NCBI RefSeq assembly: GCF_009914755.1 | Contig: NC_060932.1 | Reading direction: 5' to 3' (one strand) | Source of the DNA: the human T2T-CHM13v2.0 reference genome, Homo sapiens | Length of the DNA: 64,000 nucleotides | In this document: positions 13,704-27,299 of the stretch, piece by piece | Layout of the letters: every line of letters begins with the position of its first letter | How positions within the stretch are numbered: the stretch's first letter is position 1 | Notes under the pieces: generated by a model | The model's input: only the letters and a program-made list of their open reading frames with translations | Databases searched by the model: none | What the model was told of the DNA's origin: nothing | Position numbers and translations under genes: made by a program

Positions 13704-15044
13704 TTTATTTTTTTTTCTATGAATTCATTCAAAAAGCTGAAAATCTACAAATGTGTTTGTATTATTATGACTATTTTATATTTCAAAGCCAAGTACTCAT
13801 ATTTACTTATTTTATTGTACATTTTTTCTGGGTTTCCAGTTGTCTTCTATTTTTGCATTCCTTAATTTTCTCTAGAATAGTGGAGTCTTTTCTTACCATA
13901 CTTTTTATTATATAGGAAATATGGATTACAAATTCGAGTTAAATAACACTGGAGACACAAGAACAGTTAGAAAGCTGCTGCATTGTATAAGCTGAAATAT
14001 AAAAGAAGCTTAAATGACAACAATGGCAGTAAAATCAGCTCAAATTCATCATTATTATGGGTAAAACAGCTGGAAGCACACATGCTCCATACAGTGTGTC
14101 AGTATCATCATTTTGCACAGAAAGTGTTGCACAGTATCATTACATTTTTTATTGTGCAAATTCTAAGATTAGTGACCATAAATACTGTAGGTCATAGAAA
14201 TTTCACAACTAACAAATGTAAACACACACACACACTAATTCAATAGCTATTCGTTTAGTGTTATGTCACAATTGTATCATACTTTTAAGAGCTACACAAA
14301 GATTTTTATGGGCTTTTTTTTAAGTTATACGGATAAAAATTTCCTTAGTTATAGTAAAGTTAGTGCTTTTTATAACATGTATCCTTAATAGACAATAATT
14401 AATTGGAGTATGTATGTGTTGAGGGGTAGTTGTTAGTATTTTTAAAGGATGACCTTGACATGGTTTGTGAGGCCTCCAAAGAAATTACTGAAAAAACTGA
14501 CATGAAAAGCAATGGTAAAAAGCAGAGAGAACTGCTTGAATTAGTCCAAATCATAGACATTGCTCAGCAGCATTAGATGATAGTTCACTTTTAATGAGGG
14601 AAGACACAAGGCAATTAAATCTTGACATACAATTATGAAAGAAAATATCAGGTTACAATCTTGCTATGAAATATAAAAAGAAGAAAAGACATTTTCTGAA
14701 AACTTGCCTGATGCTCTGTCATCTGAAACTATTCTTTATGAGTGCAGGGTGAAGGTCAAGGAGGTATCTCAACTCCATCAATCCTTTGGACAGTTACAAA
14801 TGACCTTTCGCTTTCCATAAGACATTCAATATTCTGAACTGGAGGGATACATTTTTCTGTGTTTAGAAAATGGCAAAATTGAAACCTTTCCTATCGCAGG
14901 AGGTTCACTTCTGTTGACTCTTTTGGACAGCCTGTTCATTCCCAAAGCTTACAGAGGCTGTGATCTTATTTGCATTAGCTACCTGAGCTAGAAAAAAAAT
15001 GTCAAATTTATGTTATTTATCAGAAATTGTTCTACTTGCTGAAT

Positions 15045-15385
15045 AACTTTCACTCAAGCCTTTTAAAACCTAACATTGGTCAATTAGAGAATGATAATAC
15101 CTCCTCTAAAATACTTGAGTGATTTTTAACTTCTGAGAAATAATCCAAAAGTTTCACATTTACGTGAGAAAAATAATAAGTAGGATAGAAGCAAGATTTT
15201 AATTTCTGATTTTTTCCTACCTGATATTCTTAAAAAGTATCTTTTTAAGTTATCTTGGACAACAATTAGAACACATGAGAAAAATGTTCACTTCAGAACT
15301 AAGACTCCTTGCTCTAATGAATTAAGATTTTTACAACACTTACTTTTTTTAAAATTTTCATATAAAAGGTCACAGTAATCAAGTT
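15045..15385 (+). repeat. second copy of 12803-13134
   Basis: direct alignment; has an extra 9 nt (tctttttaa) at ~15240-15248. Confidence 0.95.
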
Positions 15386-15569
15386 GTCATCAACTTATGA
15401 TATATATAGTGGAACAGCTACTGGCTAAAATTACATTTATAGTTACTTTAAGATAACACAAGATTTATACCATATTTGTGAATAAGTGCATTGTGACAGG
15501 GAGTTATAAAATTATAAGTGTTAAAATGCATCTGACACCATTCAAAGAGTAAGGCATTGTGTTATGTAT

Positions 15570-15900
15570 TTATTTATGTAATTATTTGTTTAACATAAAA
15601 ATAATGAGTCTCTGCTATGTCTAAGGGACAGCTCTAGCACGAGTAATACAGCAAAGGAGCAAGACAGACAATACTCTTGCCCTTGTGGAGTTTCCACTGT
15701 GGAAAGATGTATAAAGATAAAAACAAATAAATAAATTATATAATCCCAATATTGTTAAATCCACTGGAGAAATAAGACAGACTAATGGGTTACATTAGGT
15801 TAAGTTAGAGCAGAGAAGTGTATTTTACACAGTGTGGTCAGGGAATCTTTGACTAAAGTATGTACTTTTGCCTGAAGGTATTGGAATTGAGAAACAAATA
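15570..15900 (-). mobile_element. L2 relic
   Basis: 'tttatttatgt...tgagtctctgctatgtc...aagacagacaatactcttgcccttgtggagttt...gtggtcagggaa' typical of antisense L2. Confidence 0.6.
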
Positions 15901-17784
15901 TATGGCACTTAACCAGTAACTGATTAAAGCTATGGTCACTGATTGCATTCTTCCCTAAGTCATTTCTCCAGTTGAACCATTCAGAGTGATTTTTACCTAT
16001 ACTCATTATTTATTCTTCTTAAAGAGAAAGGTAGTTGTTGATCATTGGCTAATCATATAGAAAAATTACAGAATGTACTAATTTGCTTAAATTTCTTATA
16101 TTGCCTGCAATATAACTATAAATAAATCAGTATTTTAAAAAACGTTTCATGTTTAATTTTGGAAGAAGTTAATATTACAGATGAACTTTTTCATTTTCTA
16201 AAGCTTGTCTTTGTTTTATGTAAATTAAAGAATTTTTAGGGAATTTATTATAAAATTATCCAAAGTTCCATCATATATTATACAAAAGAGGATACATTGC
16301 ATTTTAATGGTCTTCTGTTTAATATTACATGGTAACTATGTTCACCACTCCTGAATTTCTATGTAATATTACAGGTTTACTTACAGGAGGCAGAGAATAG
16401 TTTTTGTTGGCCATACACAGATATAGACAGCTAAAGACAACCTAAAGAGAATTGACAAAGCAGAAAACAAAAAGAATAAATGTATTGATGATAATGTTAT
16501 TAAAACACTTAATAGAGCTTTGAAACTTAATTCAGATATAATAAGTTTATGATAAGTCATGATTAATTCTACTCAGAGTGTGGCTGTGTTCATGTTAGTT
16601 GATCTCAAGGTTTTGCAGAAGTATAAATGCAGTACTGTTATTTGCCTTACCTAAGAGCAAACACTTAAACTTTCAATGGAAAATTAAATCTAGTTAAGTA
16701 AAATAATACACTTTAGGACTAGAACTTAATTGCAGGGAGATTTTCTATTTTTAACAGGAAAAAGTAGTTTACTCTTTGTAGGATGGAATTCATTTAATTT
16801 TTACAAATAATGGCTTTGATTTTTGCGTGTTGTAAGATGAGATGTAAAATATCCTATTGTCAAATCAGATGCATGAGAATCAGAGACCTTAGTGTCATGC
16901 TTTTCTATTAAATTCAAAGATAGAAGTCATGAGGCACAAGCAAAGCAGAAAGAGGTCTGAGATTGCCAGACTCTTACCTGCTTCTATCTAGCTGTATCAG
17001 ATTCATTCTGACTCAGCTGAACTAGGGAGATTTGTAATGATGCCTGTGGCCACATTACTTACATGGAAGGAGACATTTTGGTTATGAAACGTCTCCATTT
17101 TACACTCAGTTACATAGCTAATACAACATTTTTCCAGGAATCCACGTGGATTCATGCTACGTGAATTGGCAGATTCCAGATTTGCTTACCACCAGCAATA
17201 CCTAGCATGTATATCCTGGCATATCCACTGATAGGGATTTTTCTGTTAGCAAATAACAAATCTTTTTTACCATGAGGTCTATTATTAGCCTTTTTAGAAG
17301 ATTTGACTGTGTCAAATTTTCTCCATCCCTGAGGCATTATCCTTATGCCCTCTCCAGCTAGGCAAAAAAATAAAAAATAAAATGAAAAATAAATGTTTAA
17401 CCGTTTATTTCCCATAAGCAAATATGCTATGCTCATTTGAAATTAATCGTTTCAGGTTCACATACCTTGGTAGAGGAGCCGCCCTAACCTGAGCTAGTGA
17501 GGAGCATGTCCACCAGGAGACATCTGTGAGAGGGTAGCAGAAACTTTGTTCTACTCCTCCTCTTGTCCTAAGCAGAAAATCCTAGCTCCATCTCCAAATA
17601 AGGATCATTTCTAATGGATCATTGCAACTAAATCATTAAAATAATTCCTAGAAACTTTAGTTTCATTACTTCCCCCATATATTCAGCTTAAAATCAATGA
17701 AAAGTAAAAGGGAAAATATAATTTCCTTCAGCTACATTTACGTGTAGTTGACTAAGAACCCAAGAAAGAAAGTGCATGTGTTGG

Positions 17785-17990
17785 TTAAGGATTCACATCT
17801 GCAGTCACACCACCTGGATCAAAACCTGGCTTCACTCTTTTCACCTATGTGATGTTGGAAAACTTAACCAACCTCTATTCACTTTCATTTTTTTCTACTA
17901 TAAGTTGGGGAATGTAATTATACTCTCTTCATAATATTGTTGTAAGAATTAAATAACATATGTAACATTCTTAGAAGCAACTCACTTCAA
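17785..17990 (-). mobile_element. MIR relic
   Basis: 'ggttaagg...cacctggatcaaaacctggcttcac...tgtgatgttggaaaacttaaccaacctct...ttgttgtaagaattaaata'; orientation opposite to the relic at 1095. Confidence 0.7.
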
Positions 17991-18599
17991 AAATAGCATC
18001 ACCCTAATAATCATTTCAATCTTATGAGTTGTGATTGTGCTGTAACACTTATTCAGTTTTTCTATTTTAATACACTAGTACCAAAACACAATTATACTCA
18101 GTGAACTTATTCTGACATCATTTGTATCCTATTGTTCATATTTACATTTGATTTTTATGTTGCTATTGTGTTGTAGAGGTTACATTCATAGTAACGGGTT
18201 GATTCTAATGTCATTACATGAAATATAAGATGAATAGTGAAAATAAAAATACAGCCATAAAAACTTAGAATAATATTATGTGTTTAAATTCAAACAGACA
18301 AGTAGAACTAGAGATTGTGAACCTTCATGATGCTGGTAAAATGAACATAAGATTGTAATTATTTTCACAAGCAGCGGAAAGAGAAACAAACTGCAAATAG
18401 AAAACTTGAACTTAGTATCAAAATACTATATTCAATTAGCTAATTATTTAATTTTAGTGCTCAGTGTGTTTTGGTCAATTTTTGTTGTTTTGTTAGCGAC
18501 ACCTTTATTTTCAGAGTACTCTTTCTGGTAATCTGATTGAAACACATTGGAATAATGGCAAATAATGCTTTCCTATATTAAATAAATATTGGCCAGGAA

Positions 18600-19310
18600 G
18601 ACAAAATAAAAGACCAAATTTATAGCAATATCATTCTAAGTTGCACTTTTTGTAGCAAAGACAGATGTACTATTTCTGAGAAGCTCATAAAGCTGGTGTA
18701 AAGTATATGACAAATATGCTCAAAGAACAAGGTGTATTGATATTGGCAAAATCTCTTTATTAAGTAACAGAGTTGCACAGTGCATAGTACAAGTGGCATA
18801 TATGGCAGAAGAAAATTGACTACTGAATCGATGGGTTGGTAGATAACTATCATTGCAGTCCAATGACTCCACTAATGTGCAGAGTATGAGCCTCTCTTAG
18901 CAATTTGCAAAAATATATGGAAAAAGTATGGGAGAATGAAATTTTGTTCTGTTATAACTGAAACATCATGATGCAAGAGGGGTTTTATTGTTTTTTATTT
19001 TGGTAAAGGCATACTTAATTATTAATAATTATATTTTACTGCCAGACATAGTGGTTCCCTCCTGTAACCCCACCTACTTGAAGGTTGAGACAAGAGAATC
19101 ACTTGAGCCTAGGAGTTCAAAGCTTCAATGAGCTAAGATTGCAATTGTGACACTGCACTCCAGTATTAGTGACAGAGCGAGACGCCATCTCTAAATAAAT
19201 AAAAAATAGAAATATTAATACTATTTCTTTTCTGGAATCATAATGTTGACTAAGAAAGTTACTCAGAATCAGTTCTAATGGAGCAGCAACCACTAACAAA
19301 GTGTCTGCTT
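18600..19310 (+). mobile_element. hAT/Charlie-type DNA transposon transposase relic (frameshifted)
   Basis: ordered motifs TISEKLIK (18669), KISLLSNRVAQCI (18748), LQSNDSTNV (18853), EILFC (18938), SSNGAA (19271) match Charlie/ZBED5-type TIGEKLIKP, IPLSNNTV-RRI, LQLDESTDV, E-LFC, CTDGAA. Confidence 0.7.
19041..19210 (+). mobile_element. Alu monomer (FAM/FRAM-like)
   Basis: single right-arm-like monomer gccagacatagtgg...cactgcactccag...ccatctct plus A-rich tail. Confidence 0.85.
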
Positions 19311-19751
19311 CTAAGTAAAGTCCCCAAATTGCCCTCCTAATAGAACATTTGGAAACACCAATAGAGCTTTTTAGTTTTTTAGTGTTAAAATAAATAATAA
19401 ACATAACACATAAAAATGGACTAAGTTCCAGTCACAAATAATATATTTTTTCAGCTTCTATTGAGTTCAAGATTTTTATTTTTCATTCTGAAGTATGTGT
19501 CTGGTGAAAAATTCTCAAGCTAGATAGGAAAATGGATAAAATATGAACATTGCTTTATGACATTGATATTGCCAAGAAATTCCATTTCTATGATATTACA
19601 TCCAAGAGATGTAACTCAGTAAGAAATGCATTAGCTTCAAATGCCTGAATCTATTATTTGAGAGTCAATACATTATATTTTAAATGTTGACAGTTATGTG
19701 TCAGCATTTATTAAGGAGATAAGCAAATGGAGTGACCAATGACAATTCTTC

Positions 19752-20038
19752 CAAGGGACCTGGTGGGAGGTGACTGGATCATGTTTTCCCTCATGCTGTT
19801 CTCAGGATATTGACACAAGACCTGAAGGTTTAAAAGTGTTTGGCAGTTTCCACCTTAGCGCTCTTTCTCTCCTGCTGCCATGGAAGACGTGCCTTGCTTC
19901 CTCTGTCTTCTGCCCTGATTATAAGTATTTTGAGACCTTTACAGTCATGCAGAACTGTGAGTCAATTAAACTTTTTTTATTTATAAATTATCCAGTCTCG
20001 TGTAGTATCTTTATAAGTGGTGTGAAAATGGACTAATA
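19752..20038 (+). mobile_element. THE1D/MST-like LTR, 5'-truncated
   Basis: gggacctggtgggaggtgactggatcatg...gaactgtgagtcaattaaac...aatggactaata. Confidence 0.85.
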
Positions 20039-20049
20039 TCTGATCTAAA

Positions 20050-20680
20050 TATAAGTTATTTTTATTAGAATTACTCTTCTGAGTTGGGGCTTAGTTTTCT
20101 TTTTCTTTATGGTTTTTTTTTAATAAGTAAAAGTTATAGATTTTAATATAGTTAGATATATCTAATTTTTCCTTTATTGTTTGTGCTTTTGGCATGTTTT
20201 AAAACAATAAACATTTTCCTATGCTTGTGCATTCATACTTCTTACCTTAAAAGTTTTATAGTTTTACTTTCTACATCTTTAGTTCATGCCAAATTTGTGT
20301 TTTACATATGATATGAAAGTGAGATGGAAATTCAATTTTTTATTTTTTGACATATATACAACCAATCATGCTACACTCTTCATTAAGAAACCCATAATTT
20401 CCTATGCTATTTGCCATTCCATTCTTTACATATATCATATTTACTTATGTATGTAGGTTTGGTGCTAGGCTCTCTGAGATTCTTGATTTGTCTATCCTTG
20501 CTTCAAAAATTCACTGTTGTAATTTTCATGATTTATAATGTATTGACACACTTTTCTTCTTTCTTTGAATGTACCATGGCTAACTTTTATAGATTTAGAA
20601 TCCATATGCTTATATAAAATCTACTTATACAGATTTTAGCATCTACATTCCACACTCCTCCAAAAATATAGGTAAAATTA
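20050..20680 (-). mobile_element. Ancient L1 (L1ME-like) 3' ORF2 relic
   Basis: degenerate antisense L1 motifs 'tttgtgcttttggcatgttt', 'aaaagttttatagttttactttctacat', 'ttgatttgtctatcctt'. Confidence 0.6.
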
Positions 20681-20688
20681 TGAGTATG

Positions 20689-22255
20689 TGACATGGTTTG
20701 GATTTGTGTCTCCACCCAAATCTCATGCTGAATTGTAATCTGCAGTGTTGGAGGAGAGGCCTGGGCAGAAGTGACTGGATCATGAGGACATATTCCCCCA
20801 TTGTCCTAATGATAATGAATGAGTTCTCACAGCTCTGGTTCTTTAAAAGTTTGTAGCACCCCCACCCCAAACTCTCTTTCTCCTCCTCCAGGCATGTAAG
20901 ATGTACCTCCTTACCCTTTACCTCCAGCCATGACTGTAAGACTCCTGAGTCCTCCCCAGCCATGCTTCCTGTACAGCCTGTGGAAATGTGAGCCAATTAA
21001 ATCTCTTTACTTCATAAATTACCAAGTCTCTGGTAGTTCTTCATAGCAATGCAAGAACAGGCTAATACAGAAAATTGGTACCAAGGAGTGGAGCATTGCT
21101 ATAAAAATACCACAAAATGTGGAAGCAATTTTGGAACTGGGTAACAGGCAGAGGTTGGAACAGTTTGCAGGGCTCAGAAGAAGACAGGAAGATGAGGGAA
21201 TATTTGGAACTTCTTAGAGACTTGTTGAATGGTTGTGACCATTCGACTAAACATTTAACTAAATGCTGATAGTGATGGACGTTGAAGTACAGGCTGAGGT
21301 GGTCTCAGATGGAAATGAGGAACTTACTGGAACTGGAACAAAGGTCAACTTTGTTGTGAGTTAGCAAAGAGGTTGGAGGTATTGTGCCTCTGTCCTATAG
21401 ATCTGAGGAACTTTGAATTTGAGAGAGATAATTTAGGGTATCTAATGGAAGAAATTTCCAAGCAGCAAAGCCTTCAAGATATGACCTGGCTGCTTCTAAC
21501 AGCATATGTTCATATGAATGAGAAGAGATGATCTGAAACTGAAACTTACATTTAAAAGGGAAGCAGAGCATTAAAGACAGAAAAATTTGCAGCCTGACCA
21601 TGTGGTAGAAAAGAAAAACCCATTTTCTGGGGAGGAATTCAAACTGGCTATAGAAATCTGCATAAGTAAAGAGGAGCCGATGTTAATAGCCAAGACAATT
21701 GGAAAAATGCCTTGAAGGTGTTTTAGAGACATTTACATCAGCCCCTCCCATCACAAGCCCAGAGGCATAGGAGGAAAGAATGGTTTCATGGAGTGGGCCC
21801 CAGGACCCACTGTCCTATGAAATCTCAGAATACTGCTCACTGTGTACCAGGTGCTCTAGCTGCAGCTGTAGCTAAAAGGGCCCCAGATACGTCTCAGGCT
21901 GCTGCTCCAGAGGGTGCGAAACATAAGCCTTGGCAATTTCATGTGGTGTTAAGCCTGTGGGTGCACAGATGGCAAGAGTTGAGGCTTGGGAGCCTCTGAC
22001 TAGATTTCAGAGGATATATGGAAACACCTGAGTGTCCAGGTGGAAGTCTGCTGCAGGGGCAGAGCCCTCATGGAGAACCTCTACTAGGGCAGTTTGGAGG
22101 GGAAATATGTGGTTGGAGACCCCACACAGAGTCCCCACTGGGGCACCGCCTCTTAGAGTTGTGAGAAGAGGACCACTATCCTCTAGACCCCAGAAATTTC
22201 CTCCAGACCCCATTGACAACTTGCACTGTGCACTTGGATAAGCCACAGGCACTCT
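20689..22255 (+). mobile_element. MSTA-type MaLR provirus: 5' LTR 20689-21069 plus internal region, truncated
   Basis: tgacatggtttggatttgtgtc...gctaataca then gaaaattggtacc; internal region colinear with 55326-56480 (shared peptide SAAGAE-SWRTSTRAVWRGN). Confidence 0.92.
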
Positions 22256-22516
22256 TTACAGAGTCTGGATATTAGAACTTTGTCGGATGCATAGTTTGTA
22301 AATATTTTCTCCTGTTCTGTAAGTTGTCTGTTTACTCTGTTGGTAGTTTCTCTTGCTGTGCAGAAGGTCTTTAGTTTTATTAGGTCCCATTTGCCAATTT
22401 TTTATTATTTCTGCAATTGCTTTTGGCATCTGTATCATGAAAGCTTTGCAGAGGCCTGTGTTCAGAATGGTATTTCCTAGGTTATCTTCCAGGGATTTTA
22501 TAGTTTTAGGTTTTAT
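22256..22516 (-). mobile_element. Internal L1 ORF2 fragment (~260 bp), no poly-A or TSD seen
   Basis: translates to MPKAIA..I..W; homologous to the L1 ORF2 region at ~52250-52500. Confidence 0.85.
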
Positions 22517-24689
22517 TTACTTCTTCCCTGTCTAAGCAATCAAATACATTGCTATGGATGTGTAATCTACCCCTCTTTTTTTCTCCTTTGTGCCTTTGTA
22601 CAAATTTTTCTGAATTTCTTTAAAAGTTGTTATATTACAAAGCTTTTGGGATGGAACCTCTTAAATAAGTTAACTGTATTCAGAGTGCAGAGTTCAAAGT
22701 GTATTACCTTTTCAAGACAACCCAATCATCAATGACGTAGTCCCTGAATGGCCTTAGTTTATATTCATGGCAATGTTTACTATCCATGAAGGTCTGACCT
22801 AAAATTTGATTACTTTATTTCTTATGAAGCATATAGAGTCAACTGATAAACGTAAAGCTAGACTCAATAATAATAAGGTATAAGTCAGTTTTTTTCACTC
22901 ATTTGCAGAGATTAAGTGTATACACAGAATATTCGCAATACATATAAGACAATGAATTTATATAGTTTCTGATATGTAATTATAAACACAGAATTATTTA
23001 TTTTAGAACACCCTTTCTGAATAATGTATTTAATTTTTCCATCATTTAAAAATATGTTTTATGAATAAATATATAGTTAATTATTGGGGAAATAAAATTA
23101 TTGTGGAAAATTACCCATAGCAAGATTTAATATTGCAAAAATTTTACACCCCTTTATTTTGTACATGTTTACCTTTGCATGTCCACTGTCTGAGAGAGTG
23201 TCTACTGCCTAGTAGGCAATAAATAGATATACATAGAATAAATAAATAAATAACATATAGTTCAAAGTTTGATAAACATATGTGAAGATTATATGGCCTT
23301 TTGGGGCTTTTCTTCTTCACATCCTTGAAAACAGTTTTTAGTGATTTTCAGTGAACTATTTCTGATTATAAGTCTTCACTGATTTAGTTCCCGATGACTA
23401 TAGTTCTTATATTCTGATTATTGCATACAAATAAATTTGGCCTATTAATTACAGAGGGAACTTATTTTAGAAATTTGCAATTCATTCTTTATGGAACTAT
23501 GGATGTCATTTTCCCTGTTTTAGGTCTATTCTTGAATGAATATAAATGTTAGACCTGGTTAGACTAAAATACACCATTGGTGAGTAAGTGAGAATTTTTT
23601 TCTACATACTATTGAGTATCTTGTATATGTCAAACAATGTGCTATTTTGCCTATATTATTTCTTTTAATCCATTTTATAGCAAGAAGAAGAAAGTATCAC
23701 TTTGTGGCTATGAAAACTGAAAATTAAAATTGCTAAATAAGTAACATAAGGTTTATGAGTAGCAAACTTAGATTTTGGAGCCAAAAAATCTTTCTCCAGA
23801 ACCTGTGTCTGTAACTACGACATTACATTTCCTCACACAGGGCAGATACTTTATATTACTTCCCAAAGTAATCACACACCTTAAATAGTGTGTGGCACAA
23901 AGTAGGTGCTGAAATAATTTGTTATAACAGGATGGTTAATCTAAGGTCAAGTCTGTTGTCATAACAAATACCAGAAAGATAAGATTTTTAGAATAACATA
24001 ATTTAGAATTTCTGCAACAAAATGACTTCAGATATTCTTTTTAGCTCCTCATAGATATATAAGATATATATAATTGATAGAAAAAGGTATTAGATATTAT
24101 GAAGCATTTTGAGTCCAATGCCCCCGGATGGGTAACATAAGATATTCAAGTTAAATATTTTTAAATGTGTTTAAAAATATATAAAATAATGTATTGTACA
24201 CTTAAAATTTGTTAAGTGTAGTTATAAATCTCCTGTTAAATGTTACCACAATAAAATTAAATTATATATAATTATATATATACAATCATATATACATATA
24301 ATATATGTCTGGTATATATCGTATGTGTGTATGTACATATTTTCCATGGAAAAAGTAATACAGAGATTTTTACCTGAAAATGGTTTTCCTATTTATTTTA
24401 ATATTAAACTATTTACCATTGCATACTTTACATAATCTAGCCAAAATTTGCAAGATTCAAATTCTACATACCCTCTACAAAATTTGTACCAATTGTTGAC
24501 ATCATTTAGAGACAACTAAAACAGGTCTTAGAGGCAATCAAAACCTTTTTGTGATAATTTCTATTTACTTTAACAAATACGATATCCACATTTATTCCAT
24601 AAAAATATTAAATTATGCATTTTTTCTGTGAAAAAATGATTTCTGCTTCTCATGGAAGTCTTTGTTTATTTCCTATTAATTACCAGTAG

Positions 24690-25500
24690 TAATTTTTATT
24701 TATAAATAAATTTATTTATAAAATTATTCATGAATTATTATGTATAAATTATTTTATAAATAAAATAAATATTTTATAAATATTTTATAAATTTATATTT
24801 ATAGTTTTATAAATATATAAAATACATGAAATATATCTTTTTATATATGTATGTGTATATATTTTCATATATGTATACATAAAAATACATATATACATGT
24901 GTATATATAAAAATACATATACACATATGTGTACATATATAAATATATATATTCATATATATATTTATATATAAATATATATTCATATATATATAAATAT
25001 ATATATTTTTATATATATTTATATATATTTATATATATTAATATATATTATATATATTTATATATATATATAGATAAATATATATAAATATATATAATAT
25101 ATATTAAATATATATTATATATATTTATATATAAATATATATTATATATATTTATATATAAATATATATTATATATATTTATATATAAATATATATTATA
25201 TATATTTATATATATTTATCTATAATATATATTATATACATATGTATATACGTATATATGTATACACATATATACGTATATACATATGTGTACATATATA
25301 AATATATATATTTATATATATATTTATATATATATATTTATATATAAATATATATTATATACATATGTATACATGTATACATAAAAATATATATACATAT
25401 AAATTTATATTTATGAATATATTATAAAATAATATATAATATTATTTTATAATATATATTATAAATAATATATTATAATATATATTATAAAACAATATAT
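24690..25500. repeat. AT low-complexity / degenerate (TA)n and (TATACA)n
   Basis: direct reading. Confidence 0.95.
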
Positions 25501-25510
25501 ACTATATTAT

Positions 25511-26170
25511 ATAATAATATAGTATATATTATTATATAATAATATATACTATATTATTAAATAATAATATATACTATATTATTATATAATAATATATACT
25601 ATATTATTATATAATAATATATACTATATTATTATATAATAATATATACTATATTATTATATAATAATATATACTATATTATTATATAATAATATATACT
25701 ATATTATTATATAATAATATATACTATATTATTATATAATAATATATACTATATTATTATATAATAATATATACTATATTATTATATAATAATATATACT
25801 ATATTATTATATAATAATATATACTATATTATTATATAATAATATATACTATATTATTATATAATAATATATACTATATTATTATATAATAATATATACT
25901 ATATTATTATATAATAATATATACTATATTATTATATAATAATATATACTATATTATTATATAATAATATATACTATATATTATTATATAATAATATATA
26001 CTATATATTATTATATAATAATATATACTATATATTATTATATAATGATATATACTATATTATTTTATAATGATATATACTATATTATTTTATAATGATA
26101 TAGTATATATTATTATATAATAATATAGTATATATTATTTTATAATGATATAGTATATATTATTATATAA
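25511..26170. repeat. 25-bp AT-rich minisatellite ataataatatatactatattattat; 16 perfect copies at 25561-25960
   Basis: period 25 read directly; variant and reverse-complement units on both flanks. Confidence 0.95.
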
Positions 26171-26299
26171 TAATATATAATATATTATTTTATAATAATA
26201 TATAATACATTATTTTAAAATAATATATTATATATTATTTTATGATAATATATTATATATTATTTTATAATAATATATTATATTATATATTATATAATA

Positions 26300-27100
26300 C
26301 ATATAATATATAATATAATATATTATATTATATATTACATTATATAATATATAATATAATATATTATATTATATATTACATTATATAATATATAATATAA
26401 TATATTATATTATATATTACATTATATAATATATAATATAATATATTATATTATATATTATACATTATATAATATATAATATAATATATTATATTATATA
26501 TTACATTATATGATATATAATATATAATATAATATATTATATTATATATTACATTATATAATATATAATATAATATATTATATTATATATTACATTATAT
26601 AATATATAATATAATATATTATATTATATATTACATTATATAATATATAATATAATATATTATATTATATATTACATTATATAATATATAATATAATATA
26701 TTATATTATATATTACATTATATAATATATAATATAATATATTATATTATATATTACATTATATATTATATAATATAATATATTATATTATATATTACAT
26801 TATATAATATATTATATTATATAATATATAATATATTATATTATATAATATATAATATAATATATTATATATTATATATAATATAATATATTATATTATA
26901 TATTATATAATATATATAATATAATATATTATATTATATATTATATAATATATATAATATAGTATATAATATAATATATTATATTATATATTATATAATA
27001 TATATAATATAGTATATAATATATAATATAATATATTATATAATATATATAATCTATAATATATTATATAATATATATAATATATAATATATATTATATA
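26300..27100. repeat. 40-41-bp AT-rich minisatellite (acattatataatatataatataatatattatattatatatt)
   Basis: marker 'acat' recurs at 26551, 26592, 26633, 26674, 26715; decays rightwards. Confidence 0.9.
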
Positions 27101-27299
27101 AATTTAAATTTATAAATATAAAATTATTTATAAAACAATAAATATTTTGTAAATAAAATAAAATAAAAATTATTTTATTTATAAATCATGATTTATAAAT
27201 TTATTTATAAATAAGTAAATTTGTTTATCAATACATTTATTTATAAATAAATAAAGTTATAATTTTTTAATATTTGCCATTGGAGGTATAAATAAAATT

